Shown here piece after piece: positions 22,841 to 36,818 of a stretch of 64,000 nt of DNA. This DNA is from Eledone cirrhosa (taxonomy: Eukaryota). The stretch covers positions 325,810,001 to 325,874,000 of the forward strand of contig OZ024742.1 in assembly GCA_964016885.1 (NCBI GenBank). Reading direction: 5' to 3'. The stretch's first letter is position 1, and each line of letters opens with the position of its first letter. Position numbers and translations under genes: made by a program. Under the pieces are notes generated by a model, which searched no databases, was not told the DNA's origin, and worked only from the letters and a program-made list of their open reading frames with translations.

Positions 22841-25314
22841 TAAATGAGCTATTGATACTGAAATACGTAATAGGTTTACTACATTCATGTATATTCTTTA
22901 TTGTTTAATTAGATTTCTCTGTATTTCATTATAAAGACGATCATAAAAGTTAAAAAAGAAATCATTTTACCTGGTAAAGTTACGATATTATATCATAGCT
23001 TTAAGTGAAACATGTGATTTAAATACAGCTTATTTTAATATAGATTAAAACTCATAATGTTGTCGCAAATAGCTTATTAATAAGATGTCTAGAATATTGT
23101 GCACTAATCTTCAAATAAGCTTTTGCAAACTTTGAACGCTCCTTCGCTCCATCTCTTATTTACATCCACTCTTTCTTACATACCTGTGCCGTCACTCAAT
23201 ATGTTCAGGTAGAACCGTCTTTCAATTACACTAACTTTCTCTCTCTTCGTATCAATCACATGCTCTCGCTCCCTCTTTCGTTTCTCTATACATTTCCCAT
23301 TCATTCTGTTAGACTAGCACCTCATCATGTATAACTCAATTGCAAGTCTGGATATGTTAAAGTTGGTTTTTATTTATCGTTTAGCCACTTGCCAGACTCA
23401 ACTGAGCAGACCGATGATGACATTACAGCCATGATCACCCATTTCTTCGGGTAATGTGTATTGGGAGCACATCGTCCAATGTTCCCTTCTCTTCCCAAGA
23501 CATTAGGGAATGCAATCTGCGATACATTTGGCTGCGAGAGTAGAAGATAAATTACAAAAATATCAACTCCATGGCGCACAACAGTGTGAAATACTTGCTG
23601 CCTTTTATTTTTGTAGTTTAGCATGATGTCAGCCTTATTAAATATACATCTAATCAAAGTCTTTCCATTCTTGATAAGACATTGTAATTTTAGAGATATA
23701 CCTAGGAATGGGTTGTCCAACGAATCTTTTATTTTCTGTTAGAAGAAAAGATTGAAGAGTAATGTGAAAGTAATATGACTGAAATGAAACCCATGATGAA
23801 ATACCATATATAGCTGCGCACTTTAAACTACCTCGAGTGGAGAATTCTGTTAAATATAAGTGTTTTAAAGACGTCCTACAGTCATGTCTAACCTTAGGTT
23901 CGCTTCTACAAAGTTTATATCCAAGATGCAAGGCCAAAGTGCTTTGTAAAATATCATACAGGCAGTTCCTCCCCTCTCCACTCCGTAGATGGGAAAAGTA
24001 AAAAAAACTTATGTACGGCGCAAGGATGCAAAGGCCGAAATAAATACGAAAATGCATCTTTACAATTCTAATAATTCCCTGATTTGTACTGCTAATTTAT
24101 TCATCGACACAGAAATGTCAAAAAGAAATATTGCCTTTGTTGGTAAGACAAATACCAGTAATATATTAAGTTTCAAATTTATAAGTCTCCTCGAAGAAGA
24201 ATGTGCTAATTATTGGTTTCGATGATATCTATACATGATTACATATCAATTCCACAAATATTGTATGTCATATATATTTCCCTTAAACAAGATAGGTGAA
24301 CGAAATCGTAATATCCGAGAGAATAAATGATGGTCTGTGTCAGTAATTCATGAATATAGACAGCTCAAAACGCAAATTAATTATTTTGGAGTATAAATTC
24401 CAACATGACTTCGTCATGAAGAAATGGAAGTATTAACATCTCTTTAGAGAATAATAGTTCTCACTGCAGAGTGGTGAATGAACAAAGTTATTTCGAATCT
24501 CATATACTGTGTTTTGCGTTATTCGTTCCAACCTTCTGCATTCTGAGTTGAAAATGCGCCGAGGTAGGTATAAATAGTACCAGCTCATTACTGGGGAGTC
24601 TATTTCCCCTCTATATTTATTTCTCACTTTTTTATCTCATTCCCTTCTCTGGATGTAATCGGTTGTGCTTACATCAGGAGTTATGTGTTCATACACACAT
24701 TTCTGATGGCGGTAAATGAATAGATTGCGGGCAGTGCAATACATAAAGAAAAGAAATATAGAAAATAGAAGAGAGAATAGTTAAAGCAGACTGCTTTAGA
24801 TCTCATGCCACTGTCGGATGAAATTAAGCCGTGTGCTCAGTAAAGTAGAAATTTGAGAATATGCAATATTTCAATATTTTTTCCTCGGCTCTTTCATTCT
24901 GCTGAAAGAAATGTAGGTTTCTGTATTTTTTTTTATTATCAAAGACTTATTTATGTTTACCTAGGATTTATGCAAAGGTAACTTAGTTGCAAGGTTGTAT
25001 AAAATCGCACTTAGTCTGATCAAAGAATAAAGAACGCCGGTTGAAAGAACGAACCGTTATGTATATTTTTATTTCGTACTTTAATCCGGAGACGTCAATA
25101 TAATTTTTTAGGAACAGTGGTGATACATTCAAATATTTGAACAGCAGCCAATGTTGAACTAGATGTGGGTCAAATGTTGGCGCGTGCATTGAGTGACGAA
25201 TCTTAACATTTTCGGTGAATGAATATTCTGATTACAGAATATATCAATAACTTGGAGTCAATCAATAACATGTGATTTCTTTGATTTCTTTGATCTAGGA
25301 TACTTTGTACAGTG

Positions 25315-25355
<41 letters not shown>

Positions 25356-25671
25356 CTTATACGTGTATGTCTGTCTGAAGCTTATTTAACACAAAATATT
25401 ATAGGTAATATACAGCAAAGGGAAGTGTTAAAAACTGTCCGATTAATAGATTTCATTGAAATAATAGACACTGCAAGAAAAGAAATTATGCGAGGTTATT
25501 GCAAGGTCAATTTGATTAATCCTTCTCTAGTATGGGCTGGTTGATTATTATATTGACTATGCACCCATGAAATTGTTAGTCGTCCGTAAATATAATTTGA
25601 ACCCACTACGTATAGGTATGTAAGTAAATATAGCAAATCATTTAATCAGTCGCACTAACAATCTTCATGGT

Positions 25672-25891
25672 AATAATGGTTTCTTATATAGGCACAAGGC
25701 CAGGAATTTGGGGGAGGGGGAAACTCGATTAAATCGACCCCAGTGCGTGACTGGTACTTTATTTTATCGATTCCGTAAGGATGAAAGGCAAAGTTAACTT
25801 CGTCTGGATTTGAACTCAGATCATAAAGGACCGTAACTCTAAGCTGCAAAGCATGGCGTCCGACCCTCTACCGATACTGCCAATCCACTGC
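25672..25891 (-). mobile_element. SINE with TSD
   Basis: Family consensus. aatcttcatggtaataatg is duplicated on both flanks. Confidence 0.9.
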
Positions 25892-25992
25892 CCTAATCTT
25901 CATGGTAATAATGCCAAAACTTATACTCTTTATTTCTGTTAAAATTTCTAGAAATCGATACACTGTATGGCATACATTATTTACACAGAAAA

Positions 25993-26184
25993 GGCGGTGG
26001 ATTGGCAGTATCGGTAGAGGGTCGGACGCTATGCTTTGAAGCACAGAGTTACGGCCCTTTATTGTCTGAGTTCAACTCCCGCCGATGTTAACTTTGCCTT
26101 TCATCCTTACGGGGTCGATAAAATAAAGTACCAGTAATACACTGGGATAATTGCTGGCCTTGTGTCAAAAGTAGAAACAATTAT
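25993..26184 (+). mobile_element. SINE with TSD
   Basis: Family consensus. attatttacacagaaaag is duplicated on both flanks. Confidence 0.9.
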
Positions 26185-27029
26185 TTACACAGAAAAGACG
26201 TGTATCTCTAACTGCAGTCGCAGTCTCTGATTAATGTTTCTATTATCCAAGACTTAGCTTGCTAAATAACACACTTATATAAAACTCATTTCAATTATAC
26301 AAAATCCATTCATCCAGTCATGGACATCAAACTTTAGGATGGCTGTGAAGATTATATAATAAAAACGAATAGAAACATCTAGAACTGAAAATGGGGCGTA
26401 CGTCTTACCTTTCAATGATCGCTACTATCGTAAAACACTAATAAAAAAACACGGTTTGACTCTTTTCTTTGGTAGGTACGATAGGATAAACTAAAGCATA
26501 ATAATAACATTATCTTTAGTCGCAAGCATTCATGAAAACGAAACAACTTATGGGAAGCCCCCATAAGTTGACGTGTCCGTGTCTATTCAGAGCATTTAAC
26601 ACACTGAAAATGTATCTTTGTTAAATTTGACGTGATGTCTATCAAATATGCGATTATACGTTGTGACCAAGCTGGTCCTGAACTGATACCTTTGATATTG
26701 ATGACTAAAATTATTAATATAATACACCATAAATCAGTCAACTGCGCAGTCGAAATTTTCTCCTTCTTAATCCCATATGAAATACAGAAAAGCGCGACTT
26801 AAAACTCTTTTCATTCCCCTGCTCATGTACTGAAATTCCTATCTTCAACAATGTAATATATGGGATGTAGACTATGAGACTCCTTAGAGCATCAATGATG
26901 AAGTTCCCTGTGTTATATACTTAAGGCAATCTAGGACCTGAGTTAAAAAACCCGTTAGGTGAACTTTAATTTTATATTACCACGTTTAACGAAATAAGGC
27001 ATCAGTTGAGTAATCCACTCGATATAATA

Positions 27030-27150
27030 AATAATTGTTTCTACTTTAGGCTCAAGGCCAGCAAATACCCAGTTCATTACTGGTACTTTATTTTATCGAC
27101 CCCGTAAGGATGAAAGGCAAAGTCAACCTCGGCGGCATTTGAACTCAGAA
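27030..27150 (-). mobile_element. 5'-truncated SINE
   Basis: 3' half of the family consensus, up to the B box. Confidence 0.85.
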
Positions 27151-28876
27151 GTGATGTTCGAAAAAATAAAACAGATTAGATGCTAAATGTCCATGATATA
27201 TGAGCATTTTATATTTGTCAATGAAGATGAAGTCATATTTTTTAAATGAAATATGGGAAATATTTGAACTCAGATATAATAAAATAATAGCTTATATTGT
27301 GTGGACTTGTTCCAATGATAGTCATTAATATATTTTGTAGTAATGATGTAAATGTAGAGGGTCGCTGCTGCTACAGCCCAAACTGATGTATGGAATACTT
27401 AAAGGAGGTGAATATGATTTGTGTATATAAGTATATATCTACTAAATGCTAAGCGTATGCCACTGAAACGTTGCTCTTTCATTTCGTATGAAATTATATG
27501 GAGATTTAAAGTGATGTTCGAAAAAATAAAACAAATTAGATGCTAAATGTCCATGATATATGAGCATTTTATATTTGTCAATGAAGATGAAGTCATATTT
27601 TTGAAAATGAAATATGGGAAATATCTGCCACTATTATTTAACCGTTACAGCTGCAAACTATTTTTATAATTTGTATAGCTTATACAGTATTTGTGTCGCC
27701 ACTAGAAAATAATTTATGAATGCAGAGTAATCCTCATAAATTAATCGAAATGGGGTTTGCCATTTAATTCAAGATGGTTATACTATGTATCGTCAATATT
27801 GTTTCTCTATTCTCTGTATGAAATTCTTTATCATTAATTAAAAAAAAAAAAAGAAATGAAATGAAATTTACAACTCCCTCCTACACAGGTTAAGCATATC
27901 TCCTACGAGTTTACATCCCATAGGGAGTTTCTCTTATTTTTTTTTATTGTACATGAATAGACCTGGACCGTTGAATTACAATCCACCTGGCGAAAATCTA
28001 CATCAATTCCGCTGTACTTTATTCTACTCTTATGAATTGGATCTACCCGGGACTACGGTAAAGATACTTGCAAAGGTTGACTCACAGTGGCCTCGAACAC
28101 TTAACTTGGTGATTGCGAGGTGAGTTTCTTAAACTATCAGCCGGGTTCTTCTCTTACCATTATCTACATGAGCAAACGTAAAAGCTTCTACGTAGTCGAC
28201 AGCCCACTTACTAATAATGATAAAATGTTTTTCATGTGTTACCTTATCTTTTAAATAAGCACATGATGAATTACATAATGCTTTCTCAATCCACTAAAAT
28301 AAACGGGATGGGTATGGCACCATAACGGTGTCAAATTTCAGCATCAGTTAAAGGAATTGGACGAAAGGAAATGTAGATTAAATCGACCTTAATACTTTCC
28401 TGCGACTTTCTTTTATCGACGTATGAAGTATGAAACGCAATGTGCCCTCAACGGTGCTTCAACTCACAACATAATTAGACGGGACAAATATGCAAAACAT
28501 TTATCCGATGCAGTAAATTTTCTGACAATTCAATTCCATCAAGCATAACCCTCATCACACTCGTAGTGACATTCATTATTCATAGGAGTTTGAAGCTGAC
28601 CATCGATTTCCCTCTCTTTTCAATGCTTCTTGCAGCAGAATGTTATATTTCAAGCAGTTTTATACGTATTCCAAAGGAAATACTCGCTCAACATCAAGAG
28701 TGTATAATGCTATAAGTAAATGTATATCAATTATATATTTAAATAACTCTAGTCAATATATCTGCAAAAATATTATAAATATTTACTATATATATGTTTG
28801 TTACATATATAAGTGGAATTGTGTGATGGGTTCTGAAAGTTCTAATGAGCAATATTTATGTACGTTAAACATAGAA

Positions 28877-28924
<48 letters not shown>

Positions 28925-29395
28925 GGGGACAGGGGCTGTGTGGGTGTGCGTGTGTGTATGTGTTTACGTAAATTTACAGATACACGTACATATACATGGA
29001 TGCATTATTCTCTGGATATAAATATATAAAGCAACAACACAAATAAAATGGTATAATTTAATTATGGCGAGATACGAAACTAAAATTGAATTCTTTCTCG
29101 CTAATTTCCACCATTTTAATGGGAACTGGTTGTCCATATTTTAGTAATAGTTTGCAATATTTAAGAAAGAAATCCATTATAAACACAATGAAATATGTAT
29201 TTCTATATAGTTACCAGTTTTTTTATTATAAAGATAGCTATTCGCTCAACGGTCTTCATGTTTAATACGTAATTACCAAGACTGCTCTATTAATGTAATA
29301 CAAGATAGGGTTTAGGTTTTGTATTAGACCGAGAGAGATTGTGGCCATTTCAGAGCGCAGAATATCTTTCACATTTGCTTCTAGTTTCTTTCTAA

Positions 29396-29800
29396 ATAAT
29401 TGTTTCTACGTTTGGCACAAGGCCAGCAATTACCCAGTGCATTACAGGTACTTTACTTTATCGACCCCGTAAGGATGAAAGGCAAAGTCAATCACGGCGG
29501 GATTTGAACTCAGATCGTAAAGGGACGTAATTATGCTGGAAAGCATGGTGTCTGACCCTCTACCGATACTGCCAATCCACCGCCCTTTCTTTCTAAATAA
29601 TGGCGTCTGATTTAGGCACAAGGCCAAACATTTGGGTGAAAGCGAAACGTTGGTTAAATCGACCCCTGTGCATTAGTGGTACGTTATTTTTTCGACCCCG
29701 TAAGGATGGAAGACAAATTTAACTTTGATACGATTTGAAATCAGAAAGCATAATCGGAACGAATACCGCAAAGCACTCTATCCGATATTCTAACGACAGC
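29396..29800 (-). mobile_element. Young SINE (29396-29585, TSD tttctttctaaataat) followed by an older diverged copy
   Basis: The family consensus occurs twice. Confidence 0.85.
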
Positions 29801-30075
29801 CAAATATTATAGAATGTGACAAAACTTCTCGTCGTACATCTTAAATATAGTCACTGATACAAGCCACTAGATCGTTGGACAATATCCACTTGAGGATTTG
29901 TACTTCAGTAAGACAGCAAGCGAGGGAAGAACGGGATAACATTTCAGTGGTTGACTTCAGGTTGTCACCAAAGGCTAGCGTCTGATACGTTAAGACACTT
30001 TTCCTACTTTTTCAAGTGTAAAACTAATACATTTCTTCAAAGTACTGTTTGCATCTTTATTTCTGTTTGCCATTT

Positions 30076-30163
<88 letters not shown>

Positions 30164-30225
30164 CCACACATACATACCCACACACACAAGTATATATATA
30201 TATATATATATATATACCTACATCT

Positions 30226-31102
30226 AAAATTAAGATAAATCAAATAAATTTAATCTAAATCAAAATTATGGGTGTCATGCCAGGAAGACATGCGCCATAT
30301 CACCCGCAAAATAAACTCTAAGATTCTAACGAGTAGGTCCGACCATTTTATAATAACTAGAGATTGATTAACATATAAATAAACATGAATAATCACAGGA
30401 GATAATGTTTACAAGTGTGTAACCACACATAGCTAGATAGGTAATTAAATAAAGTTGACCAGAACTTCAAAAATAGATACCTTATAATATGATTAATCTT
30501 CCCTGTATATATTCCATTAAAGAAATATATTTCACCAATTAATCAGATGGTAAATCACAGAAGTGGAGATTTGGATTTTCAACAAGGAAGAAATTTCCAG
30601 CAATCCGTGTTTACACTACGAGTTCAAATCAGCAACTGGCCAGCACGTGTAGTATTTACTAGAAATACACACATCATACTAGCTTCGTCCCAGTGGCGTG
30701 AATAGGGTTATCGACAACTAGAAACAGCAGTAGAGTCCTTTCAACAGAGTTAGCTCTATACAATTAAGGAGCCGTATTTATATATCTATATCCAAAATTA
30801 AGATAAATCAAATGAATTTAATCTAAATCAAAATTATGGGTGTCATGCCAGGAAGACATGCGCCATATCACCCGCAAAATAAGCTCTAAGATTCTAACGA
30901 GTAGGTCCGAGTAGGTAACGAGTAGGTTCTTTAATGGAATATATACAGGGAAGATTATTCATATTATAAGGTATCTATGTTTGAAGTTCTGGTCAACTTC
31001 ATTTAGTTACCTACCTAGCTATGTGTGGTTACACACTTGTAAAAATTATTTCCTGTGATTATTCATGTTTATTTATATGTTAATCAATCTCTAGTTATTA
31101 TA
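30226..31102 (-). mobile_element. ORF-less element: 568-bp monomer plus partial direct copy plus inverted copy
   Basis: 30226-30342 is repeated at 30794-30910. 30349-30524 is inverted at 30927-31102. (TA)n flanks. The strand is inferred by analogy with 19239-20011. Confidence 0.7.
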
Positions 31103-31150
31103 TATATATATATATATATAAGTGGTTACACAACCGTTAGCTCAACATAC

Positions 31151-31188
31151 CGAGAACAATTGTTTCACCTTAGCGGATCCTCAGCTCG
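31151..31188 (-). ncRNA. Minimal type I hammerhead ribozyme within a small fold-back (31120-31269)
   Basis: cgag-CTGAGGA-t-cc-gctaa-gg-t-GAA-AC-AATT-GT-T-ctcg. An inverted copy lacking the first core C lies at 31206-31237. Confidence 0.8.
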
Positions 31189-31578
31189 AAATAGATCCGC
31201 TAAGGTGAGGATCCGCTAAGGTGAAACAATTGTTCTTGGTATGGTGAACTAACTCTTGTGTAACCACTTCTACCTAAGACGTTCCATGGACTGAGTGCTC
31301 TACCACTACGGATATTACCTTCCAATGTTCTACCTCTCTCTCTATATATATACATATATGTATATATATATATGTATATGTATGTATATGTATCTATATC
31401 TATATGTACGTATATATATAAATATAAGAATATATATACATATATATATGTATATATATACATATAAATATGTGTGTGTGTTTGTGTGTATATACATACA
31501 TATATATATATATATATGATTATTTTAATATATCATATCCCACACGGGTGAAGATGTAGGAAGAAGTTAAAAATAAAT

Positions 31579-32008
31579 TTGGAGTCTTTGATAAGGTTTA
31601 AAATAACATTAAATCTTTCTCAATTTTTATAATTTTCAAATGAAGAAATGGAGGGATGTGTGGTTATGCCGACGTGTAACTCAAATGGACATTATGTTAA
31701 AAAATTTTGTTCAGATTTATGCCAAACAAAATTGGCTCAGATTACTATATATTTTCGAGTAGAATTTGATAAGCTGAGAAAGGTGACTTAATTAGGCATA
31801 ACATTTTGGTATTTTCAATCTAACAAAGTATACTATATGAGCCACTTTTGTATATACCTGAAAGAATTTCCTAATATCAATTCGATGAAAGTTACATGTC
31901 GGCATAGTCACACATCTTTCCAATCCTCTTAACCTTTGAATAACATGAAATAACTGAAACCGGTAAAGTTATAACTTTTTTTAATTAAACCTTCTTAAAG
32001 ACTCCAAT
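31579..32008. repeat. Degenerate fold-back or MITE-like element
   Basis: ttggagtctttgataaggtttaa pairs with ttaaaccttcttaaagactccaa. gatgtgtggttatgccgacgtgtaact pairs with agttacatgtcggcatagtcacacatc. Confidence 0.65.
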
Positions 32009-32013
32009 TGCAT

Positions 32014-32051
<38 letters not shown>

Positions 32052-32269
32052 TAAAATAAAAGATTAAAGTTTAAGCAAAGAATCGCTGCTTTCACCCTTA
32101 ACGGGATCTTCTGAAACTCTATTTGAAATATTTGGTCTAGGGTTCTTATATATTTGATATATATTTATCCTTATCGAGCCCTCTTTGGATTTTAGTCTTC
32201 AAATTTATTATTATTACTATATATATATATATATATATATATAGTAACATATATATATATAGTAACACA

Positions 32270-32344
32270 CCACTCTCCAGAGCGTGAAATTAATAAACAT
32301 TCGTTGTACTGCCTCTCTGTTTTTGTCCCTGTTCAAATTTTTCC

Positions 32345-32348
<4 letters not shown>
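32270..32348 (+). mobile_element. Solo 3' pLTR fragment of the 2753-7078 PLE family
   Basis: cactctcc.gagcgtgaaattaataaacatt..ttgtactgcctctctgtt...ttccattata matches 2799-2880. Confidence 0.9.
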
Positions 32349-32431
<83 letters not shown>

Positions 32432-32590
32432 GAGGAGGTTATAGTTCACTTGAAGCATTGTGTAATGAGGTATAAACGTTTGTATATGTATAATACAGCC
32501 AAAACAATGCAGGTATCGACATAGAATAAAGAATGCAAATGCAAAAGATATTGTTGACAATTAGTCTTTTACCTTAGATTTATTTAAATG

Positions 32591-32628
32591 TCCTTAATTT
32601 TCGAGATAATATCTCTTCTTCAGAAGGA
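32591..32628 (-). ncRNA. Minimal HHR in the left PLE arm
   Basis: tcctt-CTGAAGA-a-gagat-att-atctc-GAAA-AT-TA-agga. Confidence 0.8.
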
Positions 32629-33009
32629 AGTAAATGTCTCAAACCAGTGTTCTAAATAGCTTGCCAAGTCATGCTGACAGGAAATGGTATAGAGTAACTG
32701 TTCTATCTCTAATGTCAAAGAGTTAAAATTAGGTGGATAAAGAGTAGTCTCCCTTTAAAAGGGGTTTGTTTTTGTTTTTTGGTTTTTTTTTTATACATGC
32801 CTGTTTAAGTGTGTGGGAGAATGCATGAAGGTGTAAGTATGTGAGTGTGTGTGTGTGAGTGTGAGAAGATAAGTCTATTCGTAAATGTGGGGGATAGGTG
32901 TTATCTGGTGTTAGAACTGGTTTTGTGTGTGTATGTGTGAGAGAAAATAAGTGGAGGTGTAAGCGTGTGTGTGGGGGGGGGGGGTGTACATATGGGGCTA
33001 GAAGCTCTA

Positions 33010-34339
33010 TCAGGTTATAAATTGGGTGTTGAGTTCTAGTCTATTATTGATTGGTGGTCGTGTTTTATCTATAATTAGTGCTTCCTTAATTGCCGAGGTT
33101 TCTTTCCTTAGTTTCTATCCTAACTGTTATGGTTTCGTCGGTGTTTTTGCATTTAACTAGGTGTTTCTTAAATGAAGAAGCGTTAGTATTGAGGTGTTCT
33201 TTTATTCTTATGTGGAGTGGTCTGGTGGTGCTACCTACGTATAAGTTGTTGAATTTGTCACACTCTAGTCTTTATACGACGTAAGCCTGGTGGCATAGGT
33301 CTGTGTCGTTGATGGGGCAGTTGGCTAGTCTGCAGCAGTTGTCATGTCTGGTGCAGTGTCTTTTGGTTAGCTGTCCGCGTAGAGAAGGACCTGAGTGCGC
33401 CAGTTGGATATCTAGTCCCTCTCGTCTGATAGCTCTGCGGATGGCTGTTGTTGTTTCTTCACTGAAGTGTGGGAGCTTCAGGAAGCAAGTGTTAGTGCCT
33501 CGGGTGTGGTGTCCTCTGTTCTTTCTGGCACGGTTTGTGGTGGACGTCGTGTATCCGTTCATTTTGAGTACTTCTAGGAAATGTGTGGTGTGTGTGTCTC
33601 GGTCTCTAGCGTCGGGGCATTTGTTCCGGATACGTGCCAGTTCGTTCCTTATGTATACGAACTTGGCACCGAGTGGGAGGTCCGATCTGAAATGTACGAA
33701 CAGGTCCCTGCTGGCGGCTTTTTCATAGAAGCAGGTGTGGATGTTGCCTTCCTCTGTTACCCTGAGTTGGAAGTCCAGTAGGGATAGGGATCCGCGGTCA
33801 TCGGGGTGTTCCATGCTGAACTTTATACTGGCGTCCATGCTGGAGAAAGTTGTGTATATTTTATCTGCCTCCTCACGGGATGATGTAAGGATGAGTATGT
33901 CATCTACATATCGGGTGAAGAAGGTATGGGAATGGCAGGTGTTGAGGGATCGGCATTCTAGCTGGTTCATGTAGGTGATGGCCAGCAGGCCCGATAGGTT
34001 GGATCCCATGGGTAATCCTGTTGTCTCTCTGTATGTGTGGTGGTGGAAGGTGAAGTACGTGTTGTCTACTGTGAAGGACAAAAGCTGGTGTATGTCCGTC
34101 GGGTGGAGGCCGTAGCTGTGGATGTCCTCTGCGACCACGCAGTCCGTCAATAAATCGACAACTGGATGAGCGGGGACTGTAGTGTAGAGGGAGACAACGT
34201 CGAGGCTAAAGGCGTATTTATTTAGTTTAAGTTGTTCTGGCTGGAGTTGGTGTAGTCTACGTATAACTTCGTCGGAGCTACTGACATGCCCGGGGATGAC
34301 GTCGTCCAGTCTCTGTTTCAATATGAACTTGGGACCCAA
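33010..34339 (-). pseudogene. Inverted PLE RT/GIY-YIG copy with an internal deletion and a nonsense codon at 33272
   Basis: ORF 33272..34339 joins LGPKFILKQRLDD directly to IPGHVSSSDE. TAC>TAA at the GIY tyrosine. Confidence 0.9.
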
Positions 34340-34344
34340 AACAT

Positions 34345-36375
34345 CTCGTCACAGACTTGACAGGATCCCTCTCCCGAGAGGAATTAGACCTCCTCAGCCT
34401 GGGTCCCAAGTTCATATTGAAACAGAGACTGGACAACAAATTATGGCTCGACATAGAAACGAATTTGTGTCGGGCTGCCTACTAACTAAAATGGATATCG
34501 ACTCTCGGCAACAACACCACAGAATCTATCAAACCCAGATTCCCGATATACCAACTGGATCACCCACTCTGTCCACCGCCTGCCAACCGCGAGCTTCAAG
34601 AAAAACTCTCGAGGCTAATACATTCCGTATTTAACATCTTACGGAAACAGAAGAAGATAGCCCCAAACCTCTCCAGGACACAACTCGCCCTGAAGAACCT
34701 ACGGAATAGGGAACTTATATACTTACCATCCGACAAAGGTAAAGAGTTTTGCCTCATCTCTCAAGCCACATACAACAAACTAGCCTTTGAACACCTAAGC
34801 GACAATGAATTATACACAGAGATCCCGGACATGATTGCAGCCCAGATCGAAAAACAGACCAACTCCATCTCGTTCGATATCTGTAGGAGAAGACAACTCC
34901 CAAATAAAGTTAAGCTCAACTACACCACTAGAAATAGCAGACTGCCCACTTTCTACCACCTCATCAAGACCGACAAGAATAGTACGAAGACGCAAATAAG
35001 ACCCATCGTCTCTAGCATAGAAGGACCCCTATACAAAATTCCCAGGCTCCTCTCCCAGGTACTCAGCCGTCTACTCTCCACCTTCCCCGGGCATGTCAGT
35101 AGCTCCGACGAAGTTATACGTAGACTACACCAACTCCAGCCAGAACAACTTAAACTAAATAAATACGCCTTTAGCCTCGACGTTGTCTCCCTCTACACTA
35201 CAGTCCCCGCTCATCCAGCTGTCGATTTATTGACGGACTGCGTGGTCGCAGAGGACATCCACTGCTACGGCCTCCACCCGACGGACATACACCAGCTTTT
35301 GTCCTTCACAGTAGACAACACGTACTTTACCTTCCACCACCACACATACAGACAGACAACAGGATTACACATGGGATCCAGCCTATCGGGCCTGCTGGCC
35401 ATCACCTACATGAACCAGCTAGAATGCCGAGCCCTCAACACCTGCCATTCCTATACCTTCTTCACCCGATATGTAGATGACATACTCATCCTTACATCAT
35501 CCTGTGAGGAGGCAGATAAAATATACACAACATTCTCCAGCATGGAGGCCAGTATAAAGTTCAGCATGGAACACCCCGATGACCGCGGATCCCTATCCCT
35601 ACTGGACTTCCAACTCAGGGTAACAGAGAAAGGCAACATCCACGCCTGCTTCTATGAAAAAGCCGCCAGCAGGGACCTGTTTGTACATTTCAGATCGGCC
35701 TTCCCACTCGGTGCCAAGTTCGGATACATAAGGAACGAACTGGCACGTATCCGGAACAAATGCCCCGACACACACCGAGACACACACACCACACATTTCC
35801 TGGAAGTACTCAAAATGAACGGATACACGACATCCACCACAAACCGTGCCAGAAAGAACAGAGGACACCACACCCGAGGCACTAACACTTGCTTCCTGAA
35901 GCTCCCACACTTCAGTGAAGAAACAACAACAGCCATCCGCAGAGCTATCAGACGAGAGGGACTAGATATCCAACTGGCCCACTCAGGTCCTTCTCTACGC
36001 GGACAGCTAACCAAAAGACACTCCACCAGACATGACAACTGCTGCAGACTAGCCAACTGCCCCATCAACGACACAGACCTATGCCACCAGGCTTACGTCG
36101 TATACAGACCAGAGTGTGACAAATGCAACAACTTCTACGTAGGTAGCACCACCAGATCACTCCACATAAGAATAAAAGCACACCTCAATGCTAACGCTTC
36201 CTCATTTAAGAAACACCTAGTTAAATGCAAAAACACCGACAAAACCATAACAGTTAGGATAGAAACTAAGGAAAGAAACCTCGGCAATCTTAGAATTAAG
36301 GAAGCACTAATTATAGATAAAACACGACCACCAATCAATAATAGACTAGAACTCAACACCCAATTTATAACCTGA
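34345..36375 (+). CDS. PLE polyprotein (N-terminal DKG region, RT, GIY-YIG endonuclease); 5'-truncated, one in-frame TAA at 34483
   Basis: The frame of ORF 34831..36375 extends upstream through LSREELDLLSLGPKF and NLSRTQLALKNL..PSDKG. RT motifs RPIVS, SLDVVSLYT, GLHMGSSLS and RYVDD. Endonuclease motifs VVYRPEC..YVGSTTR..KEAL..IN. Confidence 0.9.
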
Positions 36376-36780
36376 TAGAGCTTCTAGCCCCATATTTACA
36401 CACACACCCCACACACACACGCACGCACGCACACACACACACACGCTTACACCTCCACTTATTTTCTCTCACACATACACACACAAAACCAGTTCTAACA
36501 CCAGATAACACCTATCCCCCACATTTACGAATAGACTTATCTTCTCAAACTCACACACACACACTCACATACTTACACCTTCATGCATTCTCCCACACAC
36601 TTAAACAGGCATGTATAAAAAAAAAACCCCAAAACAAAAACAAACCCCTTTTAAAGGGAGACTACTCTTTATCCACCTAATTTTAACTCTTTGACATTAG
36701 AGATAGAACAGTTACTCTATACCATTTCCTGTCAGCATGACTTGGCAAGCTATTTAGAACACTGGTTTGAGACCTTTACT

Positions 36781-36818
36781 TCCCTCTGAAGAAGAGATAT
36801 TATCTCGAAAATTAAGGA
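36781..36818 (+). ncRNA. Minimal HHR in the right PLE arm
   Basis: tccct-CTGAAGA-a-gagat-att-atctc-GAAA-AT-TA-agga. Confidence 0.8.

Noticed and set aside
34438-35083. Segment missing from the left PLE arm as a spliced intron
   Set aside because: It has no GT-AG boundaries, and it encodes the conserved DKG and RT finger motifs.
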